Source: an uncultured Clostridia bacterium
Lineage (GTDB): Bacteria > Bacillota > Clostridia > TANB77 > CAG-508
Length of the DNA: 64,000 bases
Direction of reading: 5' to 3'
NCBI GenBank assembly: GCA_947628825.1
Contig: CANRBH010000003.1
Location: forward strand, 8,084-72,083
Shown here: piece by piece, positions 45,522-55,181 of the stretch
Position numbering within the stretch: position 1 is the stretch's first letter
Layout: each line of letters starts with the position of its first letter
Made by a program: the position numbers and the translations under genes
Notes under the pieces: generated by a model
The model's database searches: none
Told to the model about the DNA's origin: nothing
What the model saw: only the letters and a program-made list of their open reading frames with translations

Positions 45522-47105
45522 TTAAGCTTTTTGCTTTTTTCTTAATTTTATAAAAAATATGTCTTTTTTTCTTAAAATTCCTAGTAAAAATAACGAAATA
45601 ATATAAAAAACTCCACCAACTAATAAGGAAATTAATAAGCCAGATATATCTAAATTCAAAAATTTAATTACAACTTTTGATGAATAAATCATAATTATAC
45701 TTGCTAAAATTGGTTTAATAATATTTGCCTTATAAATTTTTATATTAGTATATTTTTTTACTGCTAATAAACTTATTGCAAAAATAACTACATTGTACAT
45801 AACTGTAGCTATAGCTGCTCCTTTTGTTCCACCAATTACTAAATCTACTCTTGGAACTAAAATATTGTTTAAAATAGCCTTAACTATAACTCCACAAGTT
45901 ACTGCAATTATTGGTACTCTTGACTTCCCTATTCCATACAATATTACATTAAGCATTTGTGTTATTGTAATAAATAAAATAGATATAGAACTTATCTTTA
46001 ATATTGTTGCTCCACTTGATGCATTTGGAAATAATAATTTTAATATCTCATCACCAAAGAAAATGAAAATTGCTATAATTGGTATTGTAATTATAGTTCC
46101 AAATAAGATTGATTTATTTATTCTATCTTCTTTACTTTTTAAATTACTTTTAGATGCAACTATACTTGGCAAAAGTGCAGTTGTTATTGCTGTATTAAAT
46201 GACAGTGGAAATGCTATTAAAGTTTCTACTTTACCACTTAAAATACCATACTCAACTTTTGCTTTTTCATATCCTATAATATTTTTTAGTTTATTTACAA
46301 TAGTTGTTGAATCTATGTTCTTAGCGATTGTACCAATTACTGCCGTAAGAGAAATTGGTACTGCAACTTTAATTATTTCCTTTACAATAGTAACTAATCT
46401 TAAAGGTCTACTATTTGCACTAGTTCTAATATCATTTCCTATTTCATGTCTTTGTTTTAAAAATGCACTATATAAATATAAAAACTCAAAAATATTTGCA
46501 ACTGTTGATGAAAAATTTGCACAAGCCGCCATTATTCTAGTATTTGGATTTGACATTAGCATAACTGAAACTTCTATAAATACTATTGTAGAAACAGTTT
46601 TAGTTATTTGATCTATTGACTGACCTTTAGCTGTATCTTTTTGATTTTCTCTTCCTCCAAAATATCCTCTAAAAACTGATATAATTGTAGAGAAAAAAAC
46701 TGAAGGAGCAAGTGCAATAATTGAAAGTTTTGCTTCTGGTATTTTTAGATAATTATTAGCTATCTGTTCAGCAAATAAAGCTAAAGTCAAGCTTCCGCAA
46801 AGTCCTATTATACTAAATATTATAATAGAAACTTTAAATATTTTATATGCTCCTTTATGGTCACCTTTAGAACTTCTTTCAGCAACCAATCTAGAGATAG
46901 CTCCTGGAATACCAACAGATGTAAAGCTTAGTATAAGTGCATACACTTGATATCCTGCTGTTGAAATAGCATTACCTTCATCTCCAAAACCATTTCTATT
47001 TGTCAAATATAACTTATATACTAAGCCTAAAACTTTTACAATTATTTGTGAAATTAGCAAAGCAAAAACACTTTGCTTAAATGTTTCCTTATATTTTTTA
47101 CTCAT
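45522..47105 (-). CDS. MOP-superfamily flippase (SpoVB/MurJ-like polysaccharide biosynthesis protein)
   Basis: 527 aa with about 14 TM helices. N-terminal pattern typical of the SpoVB/Wzx family. Confidence 0.75.
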   Translation of the reverse strand: MSKKYKETFKQSVFALLISQIIVKVLGLVYKLYLTNRNGFGDEGNAISTAGYQVYALILSFTSVGIPGAISRLVAERSSKGDHKGAYKIFKVSIIIFSIIGLCGSLTLALFAEQIANNYLKIPEAKLSIIALAPSVFFSTIISVFRGYFGGRENQKDTAKGQSIDQITKTVSTIVFIEVSVMLMSNPNTRIMAACANFSSTVANIFEFLYLYSAFLKQRHEIGNDIRTSANSRPLRLVTIVKEIIKVAVPISLTAVIGTIAKNIDSTTIVNKLKNIIGYEKAKVEYGILSGKVETLIAFPLSFNTAITTALLPSIVASKSNLKSKEDRINKSILFGTIITIPIIAIFIFFGDEILKLLFPNASSGATILKISSISILFITITQMLNVILYGIGKSRVPIIAVTCGVIVKAILNNILVPRVDLVIGGTKGAAIATVMYNVVIFAISLLAVKKYTNIKIYKANIIKPILASIIMIYSSKVVIKFLNLDISGLLISLLVGGVFYIISLFLLGILRKKDIFFIKLRKKQKA

Positions 47106-47254
47106 GAAATTATCCTTAAAAATTTATTTATTTTAAAATATATGTCCGCTATCTTCTTAATATACTTTAATAATTATTAAAAAAATTGTTCAAAAGTCTT
47201 GTTTTTTTTGCGATTTTGTAGGATAATATAAGTATAGATGAAAGGGATAAAAGT

Positions 47255-49576
47255 ATGAAATTATTAGATAAATTTTTAAAATTTTTACAAACAGATCGAA
47301 ATACTTTTTTTACATATATATTAACCCTAATAAGTGCATACATTATAGTAGATAGATTCGTAGAGTTTCTACTTATTGTGTTTACTGGTGTAGCTTCTAA
47401 TTATTGGGGTCCTATTAGTTACGGTGTCGCATTTTTGTTTCCTATTTTTGCATTTTTATTTTCATTCTCATCAAAGTTCGTAAAATGCGATGATGACAAA
47501 CTAGGATTAGTTTATACATATTACATTGCTTTGTATGTACTTACCATAACAATGATAACAGAATGGATTAACCAAATAATATGGATTGGCTTAATATCTT
47601 TACCAGGATATACAACTATAGCTTCACAATTTGCTTACCTAATAAAACCAGCTTTATCATCAATAGCTATTGCCCTTCCTCTTTCAACTGCTCATCTAAT
47701 GTTTGACAAGTTATATAAAGGCATAAATGATTCTAAAGATATGAAAGATTCTATCTTTGATTATGAAGGAATTAGTTTAGCAGATAAATCAGTTGGTACA
47801 GGTACTTATACAAATGAGATTTTTATTGGTACAGATAAAGACCATGGACATGATGTAAAACTTTCTGAAATAAGAAGATTTGAATCAACCTTAGTTGTTG
47901 GTGTATCAGGCTCTGGTAAAACATCTTTAATATTTGAGCCATGGGTTGCACAAGATATTAGTAAAAAATATTTCTTTAGAGAAACAGCTAAAACTCTTGC
48001 CTTTGCAGCATTAAAAACTGGTATTGCTACAATAAATGCACCATATAACAATGAATATATAAATAAAAACTTTAATTTAAATATGTTAGTTCCTGTTGAA
48101 TCAAGAAAACCTATGTTTAATGCATATTTTAAAAAATTAATTTACTTTGATTCGCCTACAGCTCCTGTTTATAGAAATCTAGGAATAACATATATGGCTC
48201 CTGATTATGAAACAATTTCAAGAGTAAAAAGCGTTTGTGATAACTTTGGTGTAAGTTATAATATAATAGATCCAGATAATGTAGATTCAGTTGGACTTAA
48301 CCCATTTGCATTTGATGACCCAATCCAAACAGCTTTATCTATATCAACAGTTTTAAAAGGTTTCTATACTGATAAAAATCCTGAAATGGCACAAGCTTAT
48401 CAAGAGAATTTATCAAATCAAATTATAGAAAACTTAGCAATACTTTTAAAGGTTGCCTACCCTATTTTAAATAATGGTAAGTTACCAAATATAGATGATA
48501 TGCTTAAGCTTTTAAATAATTTTGAACTTATAGAGAAACTTTGCAAAATATTAGAAATGGATCCTGAACTTGCAGGACAATATGAAAATCAAATAGGATA
48601 CTTTAAAAAGAATTTTTACCACGATAGTCCAAACAGAAATGAAATGCAAAAAGTAATTTCAATACCTATGTCGCAATTAGATACTTTACTAAGATATCCT
48701 GGTGTAAAAAATATTTTATGTAATAGAAATAATAACTTGAACTTTGATAAAGTTTTAGAAAATGGTGATGTATGTTTAGTTTGTACAAGACGTGGTGATT
48801 TAGGAGAAACTGCTCACAAAGCATTTGGCTTATTCTTCTTACTACTTATGCAATTCTCTGTATTAAGAAGACCTGGTAGTGAGAATTCACGTATTCCTCA
48901 TTTCTTATATATAGATGAATTTCCTGATTTCATCTGTCCAGCAACTGAAACAATATTTACTGTATATAGAAAGTATAGAGTTGCAACTGTTGTATCAGCA
49001 CAATCAAGATCCCAACTACTTTCTCAAGGAGAAAAATTAGGAAATACAATTATAGCAAACTGTAACAATAAAATAGTATTTGGAAATAACTCTCCTGAAG
49101 ACAATGATTGGTGGTCTAAAGAAATTGGTGAAAAGAAGGAATGGACTGTTACAGAAACAGGATTCAATGCTAATGAATTAAAATATGACCCTAAGAAAAA
49201 TGCTCAATATGGATTTAAACCAAAATATATGCCTGGTAAGGTTCAGTCATTAAAATTCAAGAAATGTATGTACAAGATAAAGAATGTAAAAGGCGCTCTT
49301 GAAAATGGTACTGCAAACCTTGACTTCCTACCTTCTAAGTATAAAGAAAAACAAGATATTAAAGTATTTAACTTCACTAAATTTACAAGCGGAATTTCAG
49401 AAGAAGAAAATAATCATTCAAATAGAAGAAAGGGTCTTTTAGCTAATAATACTCATTTTAATGATGATGTAAATGGAAATATAGATCCTATACAATTAGA
49501 CCATTCTGATTTAAATTTTGATATAAATAATAGTGATGCAATTACATTTAATTTTAGAAAAAACGGAAAAAATTAA
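47255..49576 (+). CDS. membrane-anchored VirD4/TraG/TraD-like coupling-protein-family ATPase
   Basis: 773 aa. N-terminal TM helices, Walker A GVSGSGKTS, and HFLYIDEFPDF...SAQSRSQL...NCNNKIVFG, which resembles the TraG-D_C / TraM-recognition domain. Confidence 0.65.
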   Translation: MKLLDKFLKFLQTDRNTFFTYILTLISAYIIVDRFVEFLLIVFTGVASNYWGPISYGVAFLFPIFAFLFSFSSKFVKCDDDKLGLVYTYYIALYVLTITMITEWINQIIWIGLISLPGYTTIASQFAYLIKPALSSIAIALPLSTAHLMFDKLYKGINDSKDMKDSIFDYEGISLADKSVGTGTYTNEIFIGTDKDHGHDVKLSEIRRFESTLVVGVSGSGKTSLIFEPWVAQDISKKYFFRETAKTLAFAALKTGIATINAPYNNEYINKNFNLNMLVPVESRKPMFNAYFKKLIYFDSPTAPVYRNLGITYMAPDYETISRVKSVCDNFGVSYNIIDPDNVDSVGLNPFAFDDPIQTALSISTVLKGFYTDKNPEMAQAYQENLSNQIIENLAILLKVAYPILNNGKLPNIDDMLKLLNNFELIEKLCKILEMDPELAGQYENQIGYFKKNFYHDSPNRNEMQKVISIPMSQLDTLLRYPGVKNILCNRNNNLNFDKVLENGDVCLVCTRRGDLGETAHKAFGLFFLLLMQFSVLRRPGSENSRIPHFLYIDEFPDFICPATETIFTVYRKYRVATVVSAQSRSQLLSQGEKLGNTIIANCNNKIVFGNNSPEDNDWWSKEIGEKKEWTVTETGFNANELKYDPKKNAQYGFKPKYMPGKVQSLKFKKCMYKIKNVKGALENGTANLDFLPSKYKEKQDIKVFNFTKFTSGISEEENNHSNRRKGLLANNTHFNDDVNGNIDPIQLDHSDLNFDINNSDAITFNFRKNGKN

Positions 49577-49604
49577 AAGTTCGGAGAGTATCCGAACTTT
49601 TTTA
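49577..49604 (+). terminator. rho-independent terminator
   Basis: AAGTTCGGA-gagta-TCCGAACTT followed by TTTTT. Confidence 0.7.
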
Positions 49605-49650
49605 TTATAACACACATAATCGTTGATACGAAATCGAAGTATTTATGTAT

Positions 49651-50580
49651 TTAAATTAAAACTTTTGCTTCAAGATTTCTTATTTTATATTTTCCGTTTT
49701 CTTCAATGAAATCATATAAACTTTTACTTAAACTATCACTATTTTGATGTAAATCTGTTGTGTAGTAAAAGTTTATTTTTTGTATATTTACTTTATTAGT
49801 AACTAATGCCTTAAAAGTTTCAGCCATATGTCTGTCATCTTCACATACAAATACAAGTTGTGGTAAAGATACAAATCCTGAATCTCCTGGTACAAAATTA
49901 TCATAGAAATCTTTCCATAGATTCATTCTTTCTACTAATTTCTTTTCCCAATCTTCATTTCTTCTAACAACTTCAAACACAAAACTTAGTTTTCTTCTAT
50001 TGAACATTAAATCAATTCCAACAGTAGGTTTAAATTGTTTATTTAAAGTTTTAGCTGTTATTACTGGTTTTAATTTAAAATCAGAAAATGCTTTTACTTT
50101 TCTCATATAGGCTATAACTAATTGATTTCCTGCTAGCTTCTTTTTAATCATCTCAACTGGTTTTGCATTATCACTTGGTTGCCATTTACATTCTACTTCT
50201 CTTGAAGTAAGCAAATATTTTCCCATTTTCTCCATACAATATACTCTGTATATTCCGCTTCCTTCTGGTGAAGTAAAGTAATATCTAGTAAGTATCTTGC
50301 TTCTAATTAACTGATCTAGTTTATTATTCAATTTATCTTGATTTTTAATATCTGCTTTTTGAAGCTCTAATATTTGATATAATTGTCTTGATGTTAAAAA
50401 TTCATATTTATTAATTAAATCTAATATTTGAAAATGTATATCAGTTAAATGTCCTAGATTCATCTTCTGTATAATTTGATTCATAGATACATAACCATCT
50501 TTGCCATCAAATACTTTAATTTCCCCTTCTCTCATTCTAAATGGGGATACTGTTGTTTTAATCTCGCTATCTGCTACCAT
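49651..50580 (-). CDS. replication-relaxation-family-like protein (winged-helix N-terminus)
   Basis: 309 aa. HFQILDLINKYEFLTSRQLYQILEL...LDQLIRSKILTRYYF resembles the replication-relaxation family pattern, recalled from memory and not searched. Confidence 0.45.
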   Translation of the reverse strand: MVADSEIKTTVSPFRMREGEIKVFDGKDGYVSMNQIIQKMNLGHLTDIHFQILDLINKYEFLTSRQLYQILELQKADIKNQDKLNNKLDQLIRSKILTRYYFTSPEGSGIYRVYCMEKMGKYLLTSREVECKWQPSDNAKPVEMIKKKLAGNQLVIAYMRKVKAFSDFKLKPVITAKTLNKQFKPTVGIDLMFNRRKLSFVFEVVRRNEDWEKKLVERMNLWKDFYDNFVPGDSGFVSLPQLVFVCEDDRHMAETFKALVTNKVNIQKINFYYTTDLHQNSDSLSKSLYDFIEENGKYKIRNLEAKVLI

Positions 50581-50684
50581 TTTTTCCTCCTACAAAAATT
50601 ATTTTATAGATTTCTTGTTATTATTAAATTATCTAAATTGGTTATCTAACTTAACAATAACATACTTTTATTATACCACTTATG

Positions 50685-51455
50685 TTAACAAGATTCAAGT
50701 GTTAGCTTAATTTTCTTTTTATCTGGTATTATTCTTTTTATTCTAACATTTACTTCTTTTCCATACTCTAAACCGTCTTTATATTCGCATAATCCTACTA
50801 AATTAGGTTTTAGTTCTATAAATATACCATCTTGATTTTTAGTACATTCTTTTACAATACCTTTAACAACTGAGCCTTCACTAAAATCTTTTATATTATC
50901 TTCCCAACTACCCAACAAATCTTTATATGATAAATAAAACTTCTTATTTTCCTTATCTATTTCTTTTATTTTTACTTTTATTTTCTGTCCTATATATAGT
51001 CTTTCTTCAGGAGATTTCATTCTTGCAACTGAAATATCATTTATATATAAAAGTCCTGAAGAACCTCCTCCTATTTCAACAAATGCCCCATAAGGTTTGA
51101 TATTTCTAACAATACCGTCTACAATGTCTCCACTTTTCAATTCATTTATTGCCCATGAAAGACTTTCGTCTTTAACTGCTTTTCTTGAAAGAGTACAAAT
51201 ATTACTTTCTGCATTTATGTTATTTACTTTAAATTGTATATATTCGTTTTCTTTAAGCATTTGTCCCAATTCTTTATTTGGTATTATTCCTTTAATACCA
51301 TTGCCTAAATTTATATGTACATTATGATTATTATCAACACTTTCTATTTTTCCTTGTAAAACACTATTTGTGCTTTGTGCTGATTTTAATTCATCTAATG
51401 AATATTTTTTATTTTCTTGGTTCCAGCCTTCTGGAACAAATCTTTGGTATATCAT
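50685..51455 (-). CDS. S1 RNA-binding domain protein (three S1-like repeats)
   Basis: GDIVDGIVRNIKPYGAFVEIGGGSSGLLYINDIS, plus two weaker repeats. Confidence 0.75.
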   Translation of the reverse strand: MIYQRFVPEGWNQENKKYSLDELKSAQSTNSVLQGKIESVDNNHNVHINLGNGIKGIIPNKELGQMLKENEYIQFKVNNINAESNICTLSRKAVKDESLSWAINELKSGDIVDGIVRNIKPYGAFVEIGGGSSGLLYINDISVARMKSPEERLYIGQKIKVKIKEIDKENKKFYLSYKDLLGSWEDNIKDFSEGSVVKGIVKECTKNQDGIFIELKPNLVGLCEYKDGLEYGKEVNVRIKRIIPDKKKIKLTLESC

Positions 51456-51545
51456 TTTTTATCATCCTTTGTTTTTTATTTTTCTTAATTTTTTTATTTT
51501 AATTTATGTGCTTTACACTATTTCAATATTCCTTCTATATTTAAG

Positions 51546-52274
51546 CTATCTCAATAATCCTTCTATTTCTTCTTTTCGCAAATATCTCCATTGTCCTAGT
51601 TTTAAATCTTTAACATCAATATTTCCTATTTTTGCTCTATGTAAAGCTAGAACTTTCTTTCCAAGTGCTTCGCACATTTTTCTTACTTCCCTATTCTTCC
51701 CTTCGTGAATAGTAATCTGCAATCTTGATAGATTTTTTTCTTCATCTGTTTTTAATATTTTTACTTTTGCTGGTTTTGTTATGTATTTTTCATCGTCTAA
51801 ATTTATTTCAATTCCTGATTCTAATTTTTTTACATCTTTATTATCTAATATTCCTGCAACAGTTACATTATAAGTTTTCTCTATTTCATTTTTTGGATGT
51901 GTAACTTTGTTAATAAATTCTCCATCATTTGATAGAATCAGTGCCCCAGATGTATACATATCAAGCCTTCCTGCTGGAACTAATCTAACTTTAATCCCTT
52001 TTACCAAATCCATTACAGTTTCTCTTTCAAATTGATCTTTTACTGTTGTTACATATCCAATAGGCTTATTTAATAGAATGTATACTTTATTATTTTCTTG
52101 TTTTAAAACTTTTCCGTTAAACTCAACAATATCTTTTTCTGGATTTACTTTTGTTCCAAGTTCATTAACTACTTTTCCATTTACTTTTATTTTTTCTTGA
52201 ATTATAAGTTCTTCTGCTTTTCTTCTAGATGTTATTCCTGCATCTGCTATGTATTTTTGAAGCCTTATTTCCAT
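51546..52274 (-). CDS. rluB: pseudouridine synthase, RsuA/RluB family with an S4 domain
   Basis: RLQKYIADAGITSRRKAEELI (S4 domain) and GRLDMYTSGALIL catalytic motif. Confidence 0.8.
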   Translation of the reverse strand: MEIRLQKYIADAGITSRRKAEELIIQEKIKVNGKVVNELGTKVNPEKDIVEFNGKVLKQENNKVYILLNKPIGYVTTVKDQFERETVMDLVKGIKVRLVPAGRLDMYTSGALILSNDGEFINKVTHPKNEIEKTYNVTVAGILDNKDVKKLESGIEINLDDEKYITKPAKVKILKTDEEKNLSRLQITIHEGKNREVRKMCEALGKKVLALHRAKIGNIDVKDLKLGQWRYLRKEEIEGLLR

Positions 52275-52352
52275 GCTCTTTTCCTTTCATCTATTTCTTC
52301 TATATTTTTATCATTTTTCTTTAACTAAGTTTTGTCTTCATTGTATTTTTCT

Positions 52353-53270
52353 TTATGGTTTACTGTCTAATATTTTTAAAACATTTTTAAATTCTTCCGG
52401 CAGTTCCGCCTCTAAATGCATTTTTTCATTGGTAATTGGATGATTAAATTCTAAAATTGTGCTATGAAGCATCTGTCCCTTTATTCCAAACTCATTTTTA
52501 CCACTAGAATATACTTCATCACCTACAACTGGATGTCCTATTTTTGATAGATGTACTCTAATTTGATGAGTTCTTCCTGTATCAATTTTTACTTTCAAAA
52601 GAGTATAGTCTCCATATCTTTTTATAACTTTAATGTGCGATATGGCTTCCTTTCCATCAGCTCTTACTTCCATCTTTTTTCTATCTTGTCTGCTTCTTCC
52701 TATCGGCATATTTATAGTAGCTGAATCTTCTGCTATATTTCCCTTTACTAATGCTGTGTATATCTTTGTGACTTTATGTTCTTTTATTTGATTAGACATA
52801 TTTACATGAGCTTCATCACATTTTGCAACTATAATTAACCCTGATGTATCTTTATCTAATCTATGTACTATTCCAGGTCTTATCTCTCCACCTATTCCTG
52901 ACAAACTTCCTTTACAATGATTTAAAACTGCATTTACTAAAGTTCCTTCTTGGTTTCCATTTCCGGGATGCACGACCATACCTTTAGCTTTATTTACAAC
53001 TAATATATATTCATCTTCATATACAATGTCTAATTTAATTTTTTCAGCTTTTATTTTAGTTTCTTTTGGCTTCTCAATTATAATTTTTATTTCATCATTT
53101 TCTTTTACTTTATATGATTCTTTTTGTAATTTATCATTTACAAGTATTTTGCCATTTTTAATTAACTTCTGAGCCATACTTCTTGTAAAATGCATATCAA
53201 GGCTTGCTACATAAGTATCAAGCCTTTGATTTATATTTTCTAAATTAACTTTATAATTTTTTTCTTCCAT
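52353..53270 (-). CDS. rluD: RluA-family 23S rRNA pseudouridine synthase (RluD-like)
   Basis: HRLDKDTSGLII catalytic motif and GRTHQIRVHL. Confidence 0.85.
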   Translation of the reverse strand: MEEKNYKVNLENINQRLDTYVASLDMHFTRSMAQKLIKNGKILVNDKLQKESYKVKENDEIKIIIEKPKETKIKAEKIKLDIVYEDEYILVVNKAKGMVVHPGNGNQEGTLVNAVLNHCKGSLSGIGGEIRPGIVHRLDKDTSGLIIVAKCDEAHVNMSNQIKEHKVTKIYTALVKGNIAEDSATINMPIGRSRQDRKKMEVRADGKEAISHIKVIKRYGDYTLLKVKIDTGRTHQIRVHLSKIGHPVVGDEVYSSGKNEFGIKGQMLHSTILEFNHPITNEKMHLEAELPEEFKNVLKILDSKP

Positions 53271-53349
53271 TTTTTACATCCTTAAAATCATTTGTTTTTT
53301 ATGCTAATATTTCTACTTGTAATTCATTTATCAATATACTATAACTTTA

Positions 53350-55116
53350 TTATTTTTCTAATCTTTCATAAACTACAAATTTTGAGTCATTATATAATTC
53401 CTTATAATTTTCATCCTTTGAAATAAGCATTTTTAATTTAGAATTATCTTTACAAATTACATGAGTAACCCCATATTCCTCAAACTTAGTGTCATACCAA
53501 GTTGAAATATTTGAAACATTTAAATAATCTGAAAATATGTCTTTTCCTTCATATTTCTTTTTCTCTTTATTGTAAGTTCCATTAAATTCAGGTGTATATA
53601 AGTCACATCTTGAATCTACAAATACTGGAATATCATTCAAAAGCAGATAACTTCCATAATTATAATCATTAAATAACTTTATATTTTTATAGTCTAAATT
53701 TTCCTTTATCCAACTTGTTGCATCAACTGGATAGGTATTTGAATTTATATAGTTTGAGTTTACATTTTTCTTATACATACTAAAACTTATAATAAATACT
53801 AGTAAAATTGTAAGAGTTTCTCCTAATACACTTGTTGTGTATTTCATAAAATCTTCTGTACCATTTTTATCGTACATTTCTATAAGATTGGCAAGCATAG
53901 TACAAATTACGGGTCCACCGAATAATATAAGCATTGAAACCTGTCTTCTTGTCATAAGTGCTAATAATGTTAGTCCTCCAAATAAAAATATGTCTCTTAA
54001 TTTTATCTTTATTTTTGAAAACATTGCTAAGGCAAGAGTTATAGAAATAATTGTAAGTATTGGTATATTATTTATAAGTGTAAGTGGTAAATGTTCACTT
54101 ATACTTTCTGTTGTATTTCCTTGCATAATCTTATAAGTGTAAGTATATGGCATATCTTTTATTGGTGTTAGCAATCCTGTAAATAAGCATATTATCATTA
54201 TTACAAATAGCTTTAACACATTGTTGTTCTTCTCTATTATTATTTTATAAGGTTTCTTTCTTCTGTCATTTTGTTTTATTAAACTTGTTTCAAAAGTCGC
54301 ATTTGATTTTTCCAGCATTCTATTAAATATTTGCAAGTCAGCTTGATACTTTTCTATTTTTCCTTCTTTAGCTTTTTTTAATTTATTGTTTGTAATTTTT
54401 ATTCTATTAGTTATCCACATTTGATAAACTTTATGTGGAAGATGCCAATCCAAAACTGCTGCTATTGCATATTCTGCAATGAATGGTAAGTATAACACAA
54501 AATAGAATGGAAAAACTGCAGAGTGTACATTTGCGATAATTATTGGTATTACCACCAGTCCTATTGCATACCTTAATTTTGGTTTTTCTAAATATTTTAC
54601 TATAAGTAACATTGTTGCCACAAATAATGCGAAAGTTACTAACTGAGCTCTAGCAGCAATATAATCTCTCATTAGCTCCATCTGTCCAATAGTCAGTATA
54701 AAGGAGATAACTGCATTTTTTGAAATCTTTTTGTTCGTAAAGTATAGCAACACTCCAAGTATTACTGAAAGTACTATTGTTGACAAATATAATCCTGTAT
54801 ATCCTCCTGCAAAATCAAATATTAGAGACATAATTATGTCATATAGCCAATGTGGATACATATAAGGCAAATTTTCGTGCCATGAGAAATGGTCTTTATA
54901 ATCTATTCCATTTTGTCTAATTAGCTGACCTATTTTTATAGTATAAAAGGTATCATTTTGAAAAGCTTTAGGAACCACAGATATACAAAATACAACTATG
55001 CAAAATATTGCTAGAATATTAAATGCAATTCCTAATGCTCTTTCATCTTTTGGCTTATTTTCTTTTTTTGCTTTTGTATTATTTTTCGAGTCCTTATTCT
55101 TTTTTGTAAGCTTCAT
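53350..55116 (-). CDS. polytopic membrane protein, possibly a GT-C-type glycosyltransferase
   Basis: 588 aa with more than 10 TM helices and a soluble C-terminal domain. The family assignment is a guess from the architecture. Confidence 0.45.
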   Translation of the reverse strand: MKLTKKNKDSKNNTKAKKENKPKDERALGIAFNILAIFCIVVFCISVVPKAFQNDTFYTIKIGQLIRQNGIDYKDHFSWHENLPYMYPHWLYDIIMSLIFDFAGGYTGLYLSTIVLSVILGVLLYFTNKKISKNAVISFILTIGQMELMRDYIAARAQLVTFALFVATMLLIVKYLEKPKLRYAIGLVVIPIIIANVHSAVFPFYFVLYLPFIAEYAIAAVLDWHLPHKVYQMWITNRIKITNNKLKKAKEGKIEKYQADLQIFNRMLEKSNATFETSLIKQNDRRKKPYKIIIEKNNNVLKLFVIMIICLFTGLLTPIKDMPYTYTYKIMQGNTTESISEHLPLTLINNIPILTIISITLALAMFSKIKIKLRDIFLFGGLTLLALMTRRQVSMLILFGGPVICTMLANLIEMYDKNGTEDFMKYTTSVLGETLTILLVFIISFSMYKKNVNSNYINSNTYPVDATSWIKENLDYKNIKLFNDYNYGSYLLLNDIPVFVDSRCDLYTPEFNGTYNKEKKKYEGKDIFSDYLNVSNISTWYDTKFEEYGVTHVICKDNSKLKMLISKDENYKELYNDSKFVVYERLEK

Positions 55117-55181
55117 ATTTATTATTATTCCTTTCTAAGGCACAAATTTCGCTTAACACAACCTTATTATTCTTAAACGAC

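Noticed and set aside
45793-46611. 272-aa plus-strand ORF
   Set aside because: It lies entirely antisense to the SpoVB/MurJ-like membrane protein gene. It is a hydrophobic mirror frame typical of antisense strands of TM-rich genes.
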